A stretch of 63,581 nt of DNA, counting the filler, from Nemertoderma westbladi (taxonomy: Eukaryota; Animalia; Xenacoelomorpha): the NCBI GenBank assembly GCA_032718475.1. It is 3 parts of 3 records of this genome, joined end to end, with 100 filler letters (N's around TTAATTAATTAA, not from the genome) between each part and the next. Parts side by side here need not be neighbours in the genome. Positions count along the whole stretch, not along the records: positions 23,398 to 51,052 come from JAUCBJ010002819.1; 2 more parts are not named here. One strand, 5' to 3'. The notes under the pieces were generated by a model. The model was not told where the DNA came from and made no database searches. It saw only the letters and a program-made list of their open reading frames with translations. The position numbers were made by a program, and so were the translations under genes. Positions 24,845-38,117 of the stretch are shown here, one piece after another; position 1 is the first letter of the stretch; the number at the start of each line of letters is the position of its first letter.

Positions 24845-26752
24845 CGAAGGTATCTTAAATGTTTCAATAGATTGTTTCAGTATCCAACGTGCTGCATGAA
24901 CTGATGAATGAAGGTCTCATAAACGTTTCAACAGATTGTTTCAGCATCAAATGTGCTGCATGAAGGTCTCTTAAACGTTTCAATAGAATGTTTCAGTATC
25001 CAACGTGCTGCATGAAGGTCTTTTAAACGTTTCAACAGATTGGTTTCAGTATCCAACATGCTGCACAAAGGTGTCTTAAAAATGTCAACGAATTGTTTCA
25101 GTATCCCATACTGCCATATCCTGCGCGAAGGTAACATAAATGTTTCAATAGATTGTTTGTACAGTACCCCACATTGCACATGCTGCAGTGCTGCTTGAAG
25201 CTCTCTTCACTCTTACAGTCTTAAACGATTCAACTGATTGTTTCAGAATCCAATGTGCTGCACAAAGGTCTCTTAAACGTTTCAACGGATTGTTTCAGTA
25301 CAGCAGTATCCCATATACTGCGCGAAGGTATCTTGAATATTTCAATAGATTTGTTACAGTATCTACCCCACGCAGCCACGTGCTGTATGAAGGTCTCTTA
25401 AACGTTTCAATAGATTGTTTCAGTATCCAACTATTCCAACATGCTGCTCACGATGGCCTCTTAAACGTTTCAACAGATGTTACAGCCAGGTTGGAATTTA
25501 TGTAGAGTTTGCTCAACATGTGTGGCGCGCATTTAGGATCCTGACGCGAAGGAACAGGGGCGTGTGGCGCGCATTTAGGATCCTGGCGCGAAGGAACAGG
25601 GGTGTGTGGCGCGCATTGAGGATCCTGGCGCGGAAATGGATGTCATGTACACTAATACAGTTAGCAAAATGCATTGGCATGGCAACATATCCAGCCACTC
25701 TACTTCAAAATATATCGGTCTACCAGTAGAGTCTATTTTTAAATTTTAAAATTTTTAAGGCCTAGGCCTTAAAAATTTTCGCACGCTTCGCTCGCGTTTG
25801 TATATTATGCCTGCCTATACGCTCTACTCTTATTCATCATTATAATAACTAAACTATAATAGAATAGGGATATTTGATTAGGCCTACCCCTACATACAGT
25901 GATATTTTATTACAGTATCTGTTTATTAACATATAGAAGTAGTTCCGTGCCTTGAACTGTTTTGCACTCCCACATTATGGACAAACCGACAGATTGAGCA
26001 TTGAAGGTACCGTATCCAATCCACGTTAATCATCATGCATCATGGCCAATGAGGCCAAAGTTTTAATGTCTTTCAAAATATGAGTTGTTTGAAAGGTTTT
26101 TCAATTGTTCACACCAATAAAGCCTAAAACCACGATTCAGCAGATTTTCCGTGCTCGCTCTGTCGCTACACTCCGATGTAATTCATAATCACATCTGTAG
26201 GTAAAAAATAGTCGGTTGACCCAAAAATGATAAAATTTTCTTGCTCGCTGCGCTCGCAATTTAATCACATCTGTATTTAAAAACCTTCGGTTGACCTACT
26301 ACAGTACTATCTGAATATTACAGTATTACTGTACTGCTGTACGCCTATTCATGTTTACTTTTCTACAAAATTTTCTTGCTCGCTGGGCTCGCATTTTCAT
26401 GTTAAAATACTGTAGGAGTGGGTCTAACACTATGTCTGTAGCATAGGTACTGCAAGCAGTATAAACTGATAAATGATTACAATAATTGCAAAATTTAATG
26501 GTCAATCTTTCAATGGTTGGCGCACATTGAATGTCATGGCTGGCGCGCTTTTCATTTAACCAGAATCCGTGTGGCGCGCTTTTTGTCAATATTCCATATA
26601 GGTGTTAGGCGTGTTACAGTACCCCACGTACGCTGGTACGTGCAGCATGAACAGATGGAGGTCTCTTAAACGTTTCAACGGATTTGTTTCAGTATCTCAG
26701 CATCTCTTGTTAATGCGCGAAGGCCTCACGCTCACAGTCTCAAACGTTTCAA
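24845..26752. repeat. About 52-bp degenerate tandem array split by a hAT-like insertion
   Basis: Unit GAAGGTCTCTTAAACGTTTCAATAGATTGTTTCAGTATCCAACGTGCTGCAT at 24845-25485, resuming at about 26612-26752. Confidence 0.85.
25486..26602. mobile_element. Non-autonomous hAT-like element, uninterrupted copy
   Basis: CCAGGTTGGAAT...ATTCCATATAGG; colinear with 28065-28989 plus 36822-37012; contains the empty site AGTGGGTC at about 26417. Confidence 0.8.
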
Positions 26753-27464
26753 TGTGCAATGTATCTGTACAGTAAATGCATTACCATTGTCTTGTCATCT
26801 CACTGGTTTCGTTTTCTTCACGTTTCATTTACGTGGTTTGAGTTGGTTTGCAGTTCAGACTTCACTTCACATTCTGATAATATTTATTGACATTCTAGTT
26901 TTCGAAATATACTGTAGTTTTACATAGAACAGTATAATATACAGTAGTTAGTAAATGACAGTCAGACAGTATACAGTCGGCAGGTCGGGGAAGAGTTCTA
27001 TTTTCAACTGAGTTGAAATTTCAACTTCATTTTTTAAAATTCAACTTTTTATTAAAATTCAACTTTTGGCAGTAGGGTTCCCTATCCCGATCGGGATATT
27101 TACATATCCCGATCGGGATATATTCAAACTTTCCAAAAAGCGACGAAAACTATAAAAAGCGACCCAAATCTGCAAATGGCGCCATCTAGCAGATAGATCA
27201 GAAAAAATGGGTTATATTCGTTTGTGCCCCGCAAAGTGGTGTTAGGTGTTAGGCAGTGAGGGCTTTCAAAAGATATCGCAGTGAAAATCATATATTTTGT
27301 AAATATCCCGATCGGGATATTGCATGTGGCATGTGGTAGCAGGCTAATCATGAGACATGGGAATATGGGATGTGGGATGATTGTATATTTTTAAATAATG
27401 TATACCTGTTAGATACCGGTCTGCCGGTATGTGTACCATACAGCCATAACAGCCTGACAGAATT

Positions 27465-27886
27465 CAGTTAGGAACACTGGTCACTTTCTGGCTGAAGCTC
27501 AGCCAAAAATTGTCCACATATTTACAGCCAGAAAGTGTCCGTGCAGCCACTATTTGTCCTTCACAGGCTGCCATTATATTTCCGGACATATTTTGGCTGT
27601 AACTCCAATAGTACCCAAAGCAGAAGCTGGGCACATTTTTATTTTTAATATTATGATAGTTATCCCAACGATGAGATTCTAATTCTCAAATTAATTTATA
27701 CAGAATTTTATGGCGATTCTAATGGCATAATTTTTAGAATGCCAATGTTAAAATTTCACTGCCGGTTTTCAAATGAAATTTAGCATTGTTTTCTATGGAG
27801 AAATTTCACTCTGAGAGCGTTTTCCGCGGACACATTCTGGCTGTAAATTGGACATATTGTGACCAGTCTGCCAGTGTTCCTGACTG
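27465..27886. mobile_element. MITE with CAGT...ACTG termini and 5-bp TSD GAATT
   Basis: TIR CAGTYAGGAACACTGG; GAATT at 27460-27464 and 27887-27891. Confidence 0.85.
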
Positions 27887-29522
27887 GAATTAAGCTGGCG
27901 GGCTGGATTAGGTGGGCAGAGCTAGAGGCAGAGAGGGTGTGTGTCGGAATTGGAATTGTTTATTGAATTGTTTATTGTTGACTAGCCTGCTAGCTGTCTG
28001 GCTGTTCGAGCTTAGTAATTTGCAGATTTGTAGATCGAATGTAACATAGTCAGATAGTTAGGCCCCAGGTTGGAATTTATGTAGAGTTTGCTCAACATGT
28101 GTGGCGCGCATTTAGGATCCTGGCGCGAAGGAACAGGGGCGTGTGGCGCGCATTTAGGATCCTGGCGCGAAGGAACAGGGGCGTGTGGCGCGCATTGAGG
28201 ATCCTGGTGCCTGGCGCGGAAATGGATGTCATGTACAGTAGCAAAATGCATTTGCATGGCAACAAATCCAGCCACTCTACTTCAAATTATATCGGTCTAC
28301 CAGTAGAGTCTATTTTTAAAAAGAGTTAGACCTAGGCCTTAAAAATTTTCGCTCGCTTCGCTCGCGTTTGTGTATTATACCTGCCTACTGTACGCTCTAC
28401 TCTTATTCATCATTCTAATAACTATAATAGAATAGGGATATTTGATTAGTGATATTTTATTACAGTATTTGTTTATTAACCTACCGGTATATAAGTAGTT
28501 CCGTGCCTTGAACTGTTTTGCTCTCCCACATTACTGCATTATGGACAAACCAACAGATTGAGCATTGAAGGTACCGTATCCAATCCACGTTAACATCATG
28601 GCCAATCAGGCCAAAGTTTTAATGTCTTTCAAAATATGAGTTGTTTGACTGTTTGAAAGGTTTAATTGTTCACTTCACACCAATATAGCTTAAAACCACG
28701 ATTCAGCAGATTTTCCGTGCTCGCTACACTCTGATGTAATTCATAATCACATCTCCACATCTGTAGGTAAAAAATAGTCGGTTGACCCAAATATGTTAAA
28801 ATTTTCTTGCTCGCTACGCTCGCAATTTAATCACATCTGTATTTAAAAACAGTCGGTTGACCTATGACCTACTATCTGAATATTACAGTACAGCAGTATT
28901 ACTGTGCGCCTATTCATGTTTACTTTTCTGCAAAATTTTCTTGCTCGCTGGGCTCGCATTTTCATGATAAAATACTGTAGGAGTGGGTCCCAGGTTGGAA
29001 TTCATGCATGAGCGCGCAGGTACGCTTTGTTGTTTTGAAATCACCGCGCACCTGAAATTGGCTCGTCGCGCACCTCATCATATGTCATAATCCAAACAAA
29101 ATCGGGCAGCTCATGTCATGCATATCTCAAAAAATCGCACAGTTCATAAGAACAATTTTACATTCCTATTTTACAAGTTTGAGCGTTTTAAGCTTATCTT
29201 TACGTCTGTCTGTCTGTACGTTGAATCTAGGCTTACATAATAAATGTAATTTTTGCAACATCAAAATTGTTAATATTAAAAAATATTTTTTTAATCCACT
29301 ACTATGGTGGCCCATCGGGCTCACTGCTTTTATAACAGAAAATATTATTTTAGATTACAAACAAAACATGTACCGGTAATTTCAAAAAAACGAATATTGA
29401 AATAGGTACCAGTCTGTCAATAATACTTTGTATAGGCCTACCTAACAATTAGGCTTAAACATACAGTTGGCTTATAATTAAGTCATACTTATAATACATT
29501 GTTACTTTCTGACTTTACCTGT

Positions 29523-31397
29523 CAGTCGGTGAGAAGTCAAAAATTGGACTTCAAGTCCAATTTTAGACTTCAAGTCCAATTTTGGACTCCAAAGTCCAAT
29601 ATTGGACTTTAGTACAACTCCAAGTGTACCCATCCAGCCATCCCATCTGCCCATGCTGCCATACTGTATGTATATCGGTATTTCAATCAAAACTGCATGC
29701 CGTATCAGTACATATATATATATTACATAATTACAATGCAACATTATTTTAATGATCAAATTAATTATTATAAGTATTATAAGCAGGGATCGCACACGTA
29801 CAGTTAGACATCAGTCAGTAGTTACTTTTTCCGGTAGTGGTATGGCTTTGCGGTAGTACTCTTACTGCCTTAGCTTAGTGGTGTATACCGCGGTAGCGGT
29901 AGTTGAGTTATAGCTGTATAGTTCATTCATACCCATACCTAGGGCCCATACCTGTGGTATTTTCGTATGGCAAAAATAAGACTACTGTAAACTGTAACCT
30001 ATTATGTTATTGAGTTAATGTTTATTGACTAATTGTTTTGATTAGGTTCACTGTGTCAAGTACAATGCACTCATCTCCAACCAGACAGCAGACACTATAT
30101 ATATATAACATTGGAGTTGGAGGTGTCTCATTAGTTCCCCCATGCTTGACACTAGAACAAAGCCGCCTCCGCTTTGCAGGACATTGCTTTCGCCGTGAGG
30201 ACCAGCCAGTCAGACAGTGCACCTCATGGAGTGAATAAGCATGGTGGACGGCCCCATGACTTTCTTGAGAAGCATCTTTCTTACTGGCTGTAAGAGTGTA
30301 AGGGAGTTGTGGAGGCGCACTTTTGTCAACAAGCCGGCACAGCATTCTTAATAGGGCTTATATATATAATGCAGCTGCAATGCAGCATGCCGATTGCTGG
30401 ATTGTAGTTAGTAGTATGTGGTGATAGGGCTCCTTCAATTGGTAAAGTCAAAAGTGGCCGTTTATTGTTTTAGTTAGAAAAGCCTGCCTCTGTAACCTGT
30501 TCCTTTCCCTCAATTGGTTTATGACGTATGTTACTTCTGTACTTATTATGTGGAGACCCCAACACGTTAATCAGTTAATCTCCTTTCATTATCCAGCCGT
30601 TTTAAAATACCCTTCCTGTTGTATGGAAAAATTAGAAGAGATGGTGGTAGCATCAACTTTGTAGTATTTCTTTCTGATAGGGCTCCCATAGGCTTAGAGG
30701 AAATCGTAGCTTGTACTGTGTACTGTAGTTAGCCTTAGCAGCAGCTGCAGTTGGCAAACCTGGCATTGCTACCAGTTTCCACCAAATATAATTTGTAATT
30801 AAATATTTCTTGGAGCATAATCTAATCTAGTCCTAAAGACTCTAAAGTCATGGGTACATAAGGCTGTAAGGTTAGACATAACATGAATGTAAACTAAACA
30901 ATATGCTAAAAGCTGAAAAGTAAAGTACAAAGTACCTAGAATGCTAGAATGTACCATTATATTCTAAGTACAGTACACTGAAGACAGGAAGATACATACA
31001 GAGCTGCAAAGGTAACATTCCATAACTTAATAGCTGTCTGGCTGTCTCATCTGTCACGTCTGTTATGCTTCATGTACATTTAAGTTTGATTCTCAATGTC
31101 GTGTCCAAAATTGGACTTAAAGTCCAATATTGGACTTTTGTAAAAATTCAAAGCCTTATAAAAAAAGTTCCCCCTGGTGAATTTCAGGTCCCCCTGTTCA
31201 AAACTCTTATTTTTTGATATATTTTCGATTAAAAAAAAAAAATCCCGCCCGATCCAATTACCCAAGGCCCTGGAACAATTGGCTGATTTGAAGTCCAATA
31301 TTGGACTCACAGACAGACAGAAGTCCAATTTTGGACTTGAACTGGAGTCGAAGTCCAATTTTGGACTCAAGTCCAATTTTTGACTTCTCACCGACTG
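29523..31397. mobile_element. Non-autonomous element with CAGT termini and 5-bp TSD CCTGT
   Basis: TIR CAGTCGGTGAGAAGTCAAAAATTGGACT; subterminal AAGTCCAATWTTGGACT palindromes; CCTGT at 29518-29522 and 31398-31402. Confidence 0.88.
30043..30400 (+). mobile_element. Degenerate 3' fragment of the RTE-like LINE
   Basis: GGVSLVPPCLTLEQSRLRFAGHCFRREDQPV and 3' UTR GCAGCTGCAATGCAGCATGCCGAT. Confidence 0.85.
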
Positions 31398-31694
31398 CCT
31401 GTTTAGGCTACTAACGTAACATCGGCATAGCATATAGACCTAATAACAATACAACAATAGAGTACTGTAGTTAAAATAAATAGACAAATTCAGCTCCGGT
31501 TGCCGGTATTACAGTATTATGGTGAAGTGATTTGACTGTTTGAAGAATTGGAAATGAGAAACTAATGCGAGCGCAGCGAGCGAAATTTTTTTGTGTATTT
31601 TCGTGATTTCAATTAATTTGTGGTGGGCATCAGAGGCAGAGCTGTGCGCTGAGGCGCAACGCGCACCTGTCTCACAACCCGAACGCGCACCTGT

Positions 31695-33768
31695 CAGTAG
31701 GGAACACATGCCCGAATTGGCAGCACAGACGCACTGCCATTTTTGAAAAATGCACTGCCATATTAGGCAGTTTTACCCTAAATTTCGGATAAAATGTGAA
31801 TTTTTATCAACTTCCTGCTGGAAGGGCCCCATTTTTATTTCATTGGATGAAAATATGATATATATTGGAGGTAAATACAAAATGTGGTAAGAGTTTCATG
31901 GTTGGGTTTTGGAGATATTTGACATTGAAAATTGCAAGTCAAAAACATGCACTGCCTAAAATGGCAGTTATGGTATTGAATTAATTCCTTCTGTCTGACT
32001 GTAGGAGAGTTGGAGAGCCTGGCAATGCCAGGCATCCTCCAGTCCTTCAGAGTTTATCTATCTCTGTCTGTCTGTAGTGTATCTGCTAAACAGCCTATCT
32101 ATCTATCTACAGTATATAAGCCTATCCTTATGAAAGCCACTTTTATATTTTGTTTTTGTTAATTATTCAGTTAACTGGTTAACAATTTACACAGTCAATG
32201 ACAGGTAATTTATTAATATAATTATTATACTGTATAAAATATTAATATATATGTGGCCAGTATAACAATATGTATTATCTGATTATAGGCCTATAGCAGT
32301 ATAGTTTGTTAATATTAAAAGTTACGGTTCGCTAATGATAAAATTTATGTTTATTGACTAATTGATATGGTAACTGATAATTATTGATAGTAAATATTTA
32401 GTAATAAAATCATTAGGCCTAATATATATCATATTTAAGGGGTCTGTACAGAAATTTACCTCCCCTTGATTAATTTATTGTTTAATAATTTATGGATGTA
32501 GAAAGAAATTTCTTATAAGGCACTGTTTAAGGATTAACTGATGATAAGGCATTATTTGTTAACAAAATACAAATTACTAAGAAAATATAATATCTGACTG
32601 TCTGAAGTCATCATCAGATCATTAGTAAGAAATAATTAAATCCAATTTAGATACTAAAAAATAGTCCTATATTTAGATTTACACGTTCACACACAAAAGT
32701 TATATAATAAACTAGTATTTTGATACAGTATGACTTACCGGCTGACCAGCACAGCAGTAATCTAAAATTGATATAAATCAATTAATTGTAAATTGATACA
32801 GTATTATGCTGGTTTTACAGAAGATGGAAAACGTAAAATATAGAGTGAGCAATGAGTAAAACCAACATAAATAAAAAAAAATAATAAAGATAATATATAC
32901 AAACAAAGTTGCAACAGTAAATTTTTTTTAAAGCAAAATTTGATACTAATGTTTTTGTGTACAAGTACAATAAGCTGGCTGATAGGTTAAAACGTCAATA
33001 GTAAAACATGTAGAGTGAGCCACAAGGAGACAAGTAAAACAAACATAATACTGAATATCTACAATATAAAAATATTACAAATTAAAAATTAAAATTAACA
33101 AGCTAATATTGCGATAGTACTGTATAAAGTAAGCTAAAACCGTTTATGTTTACAATAGGCAATAGGAGTACGTAGATTAAAACACATACAAAGTCATACA
33201 TTCGACAATAGTAACGGATATAGAGAATGCAATACAAACCAACATACCATATACAGATATAATATTTACAAATTCAGGAGAAAAATGATCGGGTCTTTCT
33301 TTTTCCAACTTTCCCAGTCTACTGGTGTTTCAAACTGTGAAAAATTGATTTATAAAATGTGTTGAATATTGGTTATTTATATATATATTGTTTCCATCAG
33401 AATTGCTGAATTGTATGTAATGCTGAATGCATTTTCTGATTTTGCACTGCCATTTTAAGCATTGCACTGCTAGTTCAAACAGTATGCTGCTATATTAAGC
33501 AGAACACTGCTATTTTGGGCAGTGCATGCTTTTGACTAGCAATTTTCAAAGTCTGATGTCTCTAAAACCCAACTGTGAAAGTCTACCAAATTTTCTATTT
33601 ACCTTGCAATACATATTATATTTTCATCCCATGAAATAAAAAAGGGGCCCTTCAAGCAGGAAGTTAATAAAAATTGACATTTTATCAGAAATTTAGGCTA
33701 AAACTGCCTAATATGGCAGTGCATTTTGCAAAGTCTGCACTGCCTGTTTGGGCATGTGTTCCCTACTG
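31695..33768. mobile_element. 2.07-kb CAGT-ended non-autonomous DNA transposon, copy 1
   Basis: TIR CAGTAGGGAACACATGCCC with about 270-bp imperfect inverted arms; colinear with 34638-36723. Confidence 0.88.
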
Positions 33769-34637
33769 TCCTGACACCAGTAAATACAGAAATAGCCTAA
33801 GACAAAACATTTTAGAAAAAACTGCAAACTAAATCAATGAATTTAAGCACAAATTTTGCCAAATCAACGTTTAAGTCACAGGTATCAGAACATTTTCGCC
33901 TACAATATACCGTATATATGTATCAAGTCACCCCATTTTAAAATACACTTTCAAAAAACGGGCACTCCACCCCCAATTCATATGAAAATTTGTAAATTTT
34001 TTTAGGATCATAATATTCAAACTCATGTATTAGCATCTGTAAAAATAATTTTTGAACAACATTAGGCAGAGGCCTAACCCAAAGTGTAAAAAATTCGACC
34101 TATATTTTGACATAAAAAAAGTGAATTTTTTAAAAATGCATTTTTGGCTCTAGTGATCACAAATACGAAGCAATGACAAAATTTATTTTACTATTTGATA
34201 GACAATGTAATCAGACATCTTCTAATATTTCAATTTTTATCATAACATCACGCAATCACCCACTGACCCACAATCCGTTAAAGAAAAAAAGTATAACTTG
34301 CTGTGTATCAAGTCACCTCAATGTATCAAGTCACCCCGAATTACGGTACTGACATACAGAGCTGCAAAGGTAACTTTCCATAACTTAATACATAATAATA
34401 ATAATAATAATATGTATGTATAATATATAAATAAATACCGGTACCGGTATATAATAATTTAATAATAGCTATCTCTCATCTGTCATACAGTACTTCCTAC
34501 TTCATCTACCTTTAAGTTTGATTCTCAATGTCCTAACTCCTAACCAGCTACCTAAAGTCCAAAATTGGACTTTTGTAAAGATTTAAAGCTTTATAAAAAC
34601 TGGAACAATTGGCTGATTTAAACTAAAGTACAATATT

Positions 34638-36723
34638 CAGTAGGGAACACATGCCCGAATTGGCAGCACAGACGCACTGCCATTTTTGAAAAATGCACTG
34701 CCATATTAGGCAGTTTTACCCTAAATTTCGGATAAAATGTGAATTTTTATCAACTTCCTGCTGGAAGGGCCCCATTTTTATTTCATTGGATGAAAATATG
34801 ATATATATTGGAGGTAAATACAAAATGTAGTAAGAGTTTCATGGTTGGGTTTTGGAGATATTTGACATTGAAAATTGCAAGTCAAAAACATGCACTGCCT
34901 AAAATGGCAGTTATGGTATTGAATTAATTCCTTCTGTCAGTCTGTCTGACTGTAGGAGAGCTGGAGAGCCTGGCAATGCCAGGCATCCTTCAGAGTGTAT
35001 CTATCTCTGTCTGTACTGTATCTGCTAAACAGCCTATCTATCTACAGTATATAAGACTATCCTCCTTTTGAAAGCAATTTATATATTTTATTTTTGTTGG
35101 TTATTCAGTTAACTGGTTAACAATTTACACAGTCACTGACAGGTAATTTATTAATATATTTATTATACTGTATAAAATATTAATATATATGTGGCCATTA
35201 TTACAATATGTATTATAGGCCTATAGTTTGTTATATTAAAAGTTACGGTTCGTTAATGATTAAATTTATGTTTATTGACTGATTGATATGGTAACTGATA
35301 ATTATTGATAGTAAATATTTAGTAATAAAATCATTAGGCCTAATATATATCATATTTAAAAATGTCATATCTTTAAGGGGTATGTACATAAATTTACCTC
35401 CCCTTGATAAATTTATTGTTAAATAATTTATGGGTGTAGAAAGAAATTTCTTATAAGGCACTGTTTAAGGATTAACTGATAAGGCATTATTTGTTAACAA
35501 AATACAAATTACTGTATAAAGAAGTCATCATTAGATCATTAGGCCCCTAGTAAGAAATAATTAAATCCAATTTAGATACTAAAAAATAGTCTATATTTAG
35601 ATTTACACGTTCACACACAAAATTTATATAATAAACTAGTATTTTGATACAGTATGACTTACCGGCTGACCAGTAATCAAAAATTGATATAAATCAATTA
35701 ATTGTAAATTGATACAGTATTATGTTGGTTTTACAGTAGATGGAAAACGTAAAATATAGATAGAGTGAGCAATGAGTAATACCAACACAAATATAAAATA
35801 ATAATAAAGATAAAGATAATATATTCTAACAAACACATATTGCAACAGTATATTCAGATATTTATTCAAAGCAAAATTTGATACTAATGTTTTGGTGTAC
35901 AAGTACAATAGGCTGGCTGTGAGTGGCTGGATAGGTTAAAACGTTAATAGTAAAACATGTAGAGTAAAACAAACAAGTAAAACAAACATAATACTGAATA
36001 TCTACAATATAAAAATATTACAAATTAAAAATTAAAATTAACAAGCTATTATTGCGATAGTATAAATTAAGCTAAAACTGAGATGAGCGTTTATGTTTAC
36101 AATAGGCAATAGGAGTACGTAGATTAAAACACATACAAAGTCATACATTCGACAATAGTAACGGATATAGACTGATAGAGAATGCAATACAAACCAACAT
36201 ACCATATACAGATATAATATTTACAAATTCAGGAGAAAAATGATCGGGTCTTTCTTTTTCCAACTTTCCCAGTCTACTGGTGTTTCAAACTGTGAAAAAT
36301 TGATTTATAAAATCTGTTGAATATTGGTTATTTATAAATATATTGTTTCCATCAGAATTGCTGAATTGTATGTAATGCTGAATGCATTTTCTGATTTTGC
36401 ACTGCCATTTTAAGCATTGTACTGCTAGTTCAAACAGTATGCTGCTATATTAAGCAGAACACTGCTATTTTGGGCAGTGCATGCTTTTGACTAGCAATTT
36501 TCAAAGTCTGATGTCTCTAAAACCCAACTGTGAAAGTCTACCAAATTTTCTATTTACCATGCAATACATATTATATTTTCATCCCATGAAATAAAAAAGG
36601 GGCCCTTCGAGCAGGAAGTTAATAAAAATTGACATTTTATCAGAAATTTAGGCTAAAACTGCCTAATATGGCAGTGCATTTTGCAAAGTCTGCACTGCCT
36701 GTTTGGGCATGTGTTCCCTACTG
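34638..36723. mobile_element. 2.09-kb CAGT-ended non-autonomous DNA transposon, copy 2
   Basis: Same TIRs and body as 31695-33768, direct orientation. Confidence 0.88.
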
Positions 36724-38117
36724 CCTGTCTCACCCAAACGCGCAACGCGCATCTGGTTTGCGGTCATTCGCGCAGGTACGCGTCCGAGTTTTGCAGCATG
36801 AATTCCAACCTGGAGTGGGTCTAACTCTATGTCTGTAGCGTAGGCAGGCAGGTAGGTCAGTAGGTACTGCAGTATAAACTGATAAATGATTACAATTGCA
36901 AAATTTAATGGTCAATCTTTCAATGGTTGGCGCACATTGAATGTCATGGCTGGCGCGCTTTTCGTTTAACCAGAATCCGTGTGGCACGCTTTTTGTCAAT
37001 ATTCCATATAGGGTTAGGCCTATAGGATCCAATCCCAATGTAACATAATTGAGGTTACGTTCGATTCGTAAAAACTATGTCATATGTCAGCATGTTACAT
37101 TCGATCCTGCCTGATTACGTTCGGTCTGTCACCCCTTGCAGCCTTGACAGTCCTACCGGCAGACTGCAGGACTGGCTACCAGCCACTGCCTGACTGCAGC
37201 ACTGGCTGACGGGCAACCCTGCTGCCTGCGCCTGCAGCTGCAACAGCCTGACTGCTACTCTGCAGAGTCTGCACTACCAGCAGACAAGTACAGCAGTACA
37301 GCTTTATGGTACCGGCTGACCGGTCACTGATCCAGGTACTGTAGGTACCAACTGCTGAACTGGCAACTGTCAGATACTGCTGTATCCTGTACTGAGATAC
37401 CCAGTTACCGTACCGAGCCGATGTAGGCCTAATTAATTCTGTAATTGCTAATCCTTATTGAATTCATCCAAAAATTGCGCCGGATAGCGCGCCGACCAAT
37501 TTTTATACGCGCCGCGCGCCGATGCATTTTCGAAAAAAATCTGTTAATATGCTAAAATAGACAGAGCACTGCACGACAAGTAAAAATTAACTGAATTACA
37601 TGAAAATATAACACATGTACTGTACGGTGGCTGAATTATTGTGTGCCTCTTTATATACTTCTTTTTTTTATGTAATATTTTGTTGTTGTAAATTGTCTAC
37701 TGTATATCAAAGTTTTTAGTTAAATTGTTAATTTCTCTACCTTAAACATTATTATTTTTAAGCGGTATTACCGCGGTCAGCCGGTTTAACGGTAATACTA
37801 AATAATAAGTATCTACCAAAAAGTTGCTTAAAAAAAGTAATAACTAATAAGTGGTAGAATTCAGCCACCGTACACATGACAGCATGAAAGAAACATGTAC
37901 ACATGAAAGAAAAGTATAAACAGGCAATTTGGACAATTACGAATATGGAGGGAGAAGATTATGACGTCTTTTTTGACCTACACTCCGCACGGGGTAATCT
38001 GGTTTTAATCATATAAAAGTTAAATCGGTTAAAATGTTTAAACAATATTTACAATAATACATATACTGTAGATAGGGCACAATCACAATAATATACTGTA
38101 AATAAAGTAACACAAGC

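Larger units (their letters stand above)
28990..36813. mobile_element. Nested hAT-like element, 18-bp perfect TIR, 8-bp TSD AGTGGGTC
   Basis: CCAGGTTGGAATTCATGC / GCATGAATTCCAACCTGG; AGTGGGTC at 28982-28989 and 36814-36821. Confidence 0.9.
28065..37012. mobile_element. hAT-like element (outer shell of the nest), 8-bp TSD GTTAGGCC
   Basis: GTTAGGCC at 28057-28064 and 37013-37020; paralog of 25486-26602. Confidence 0.85.
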
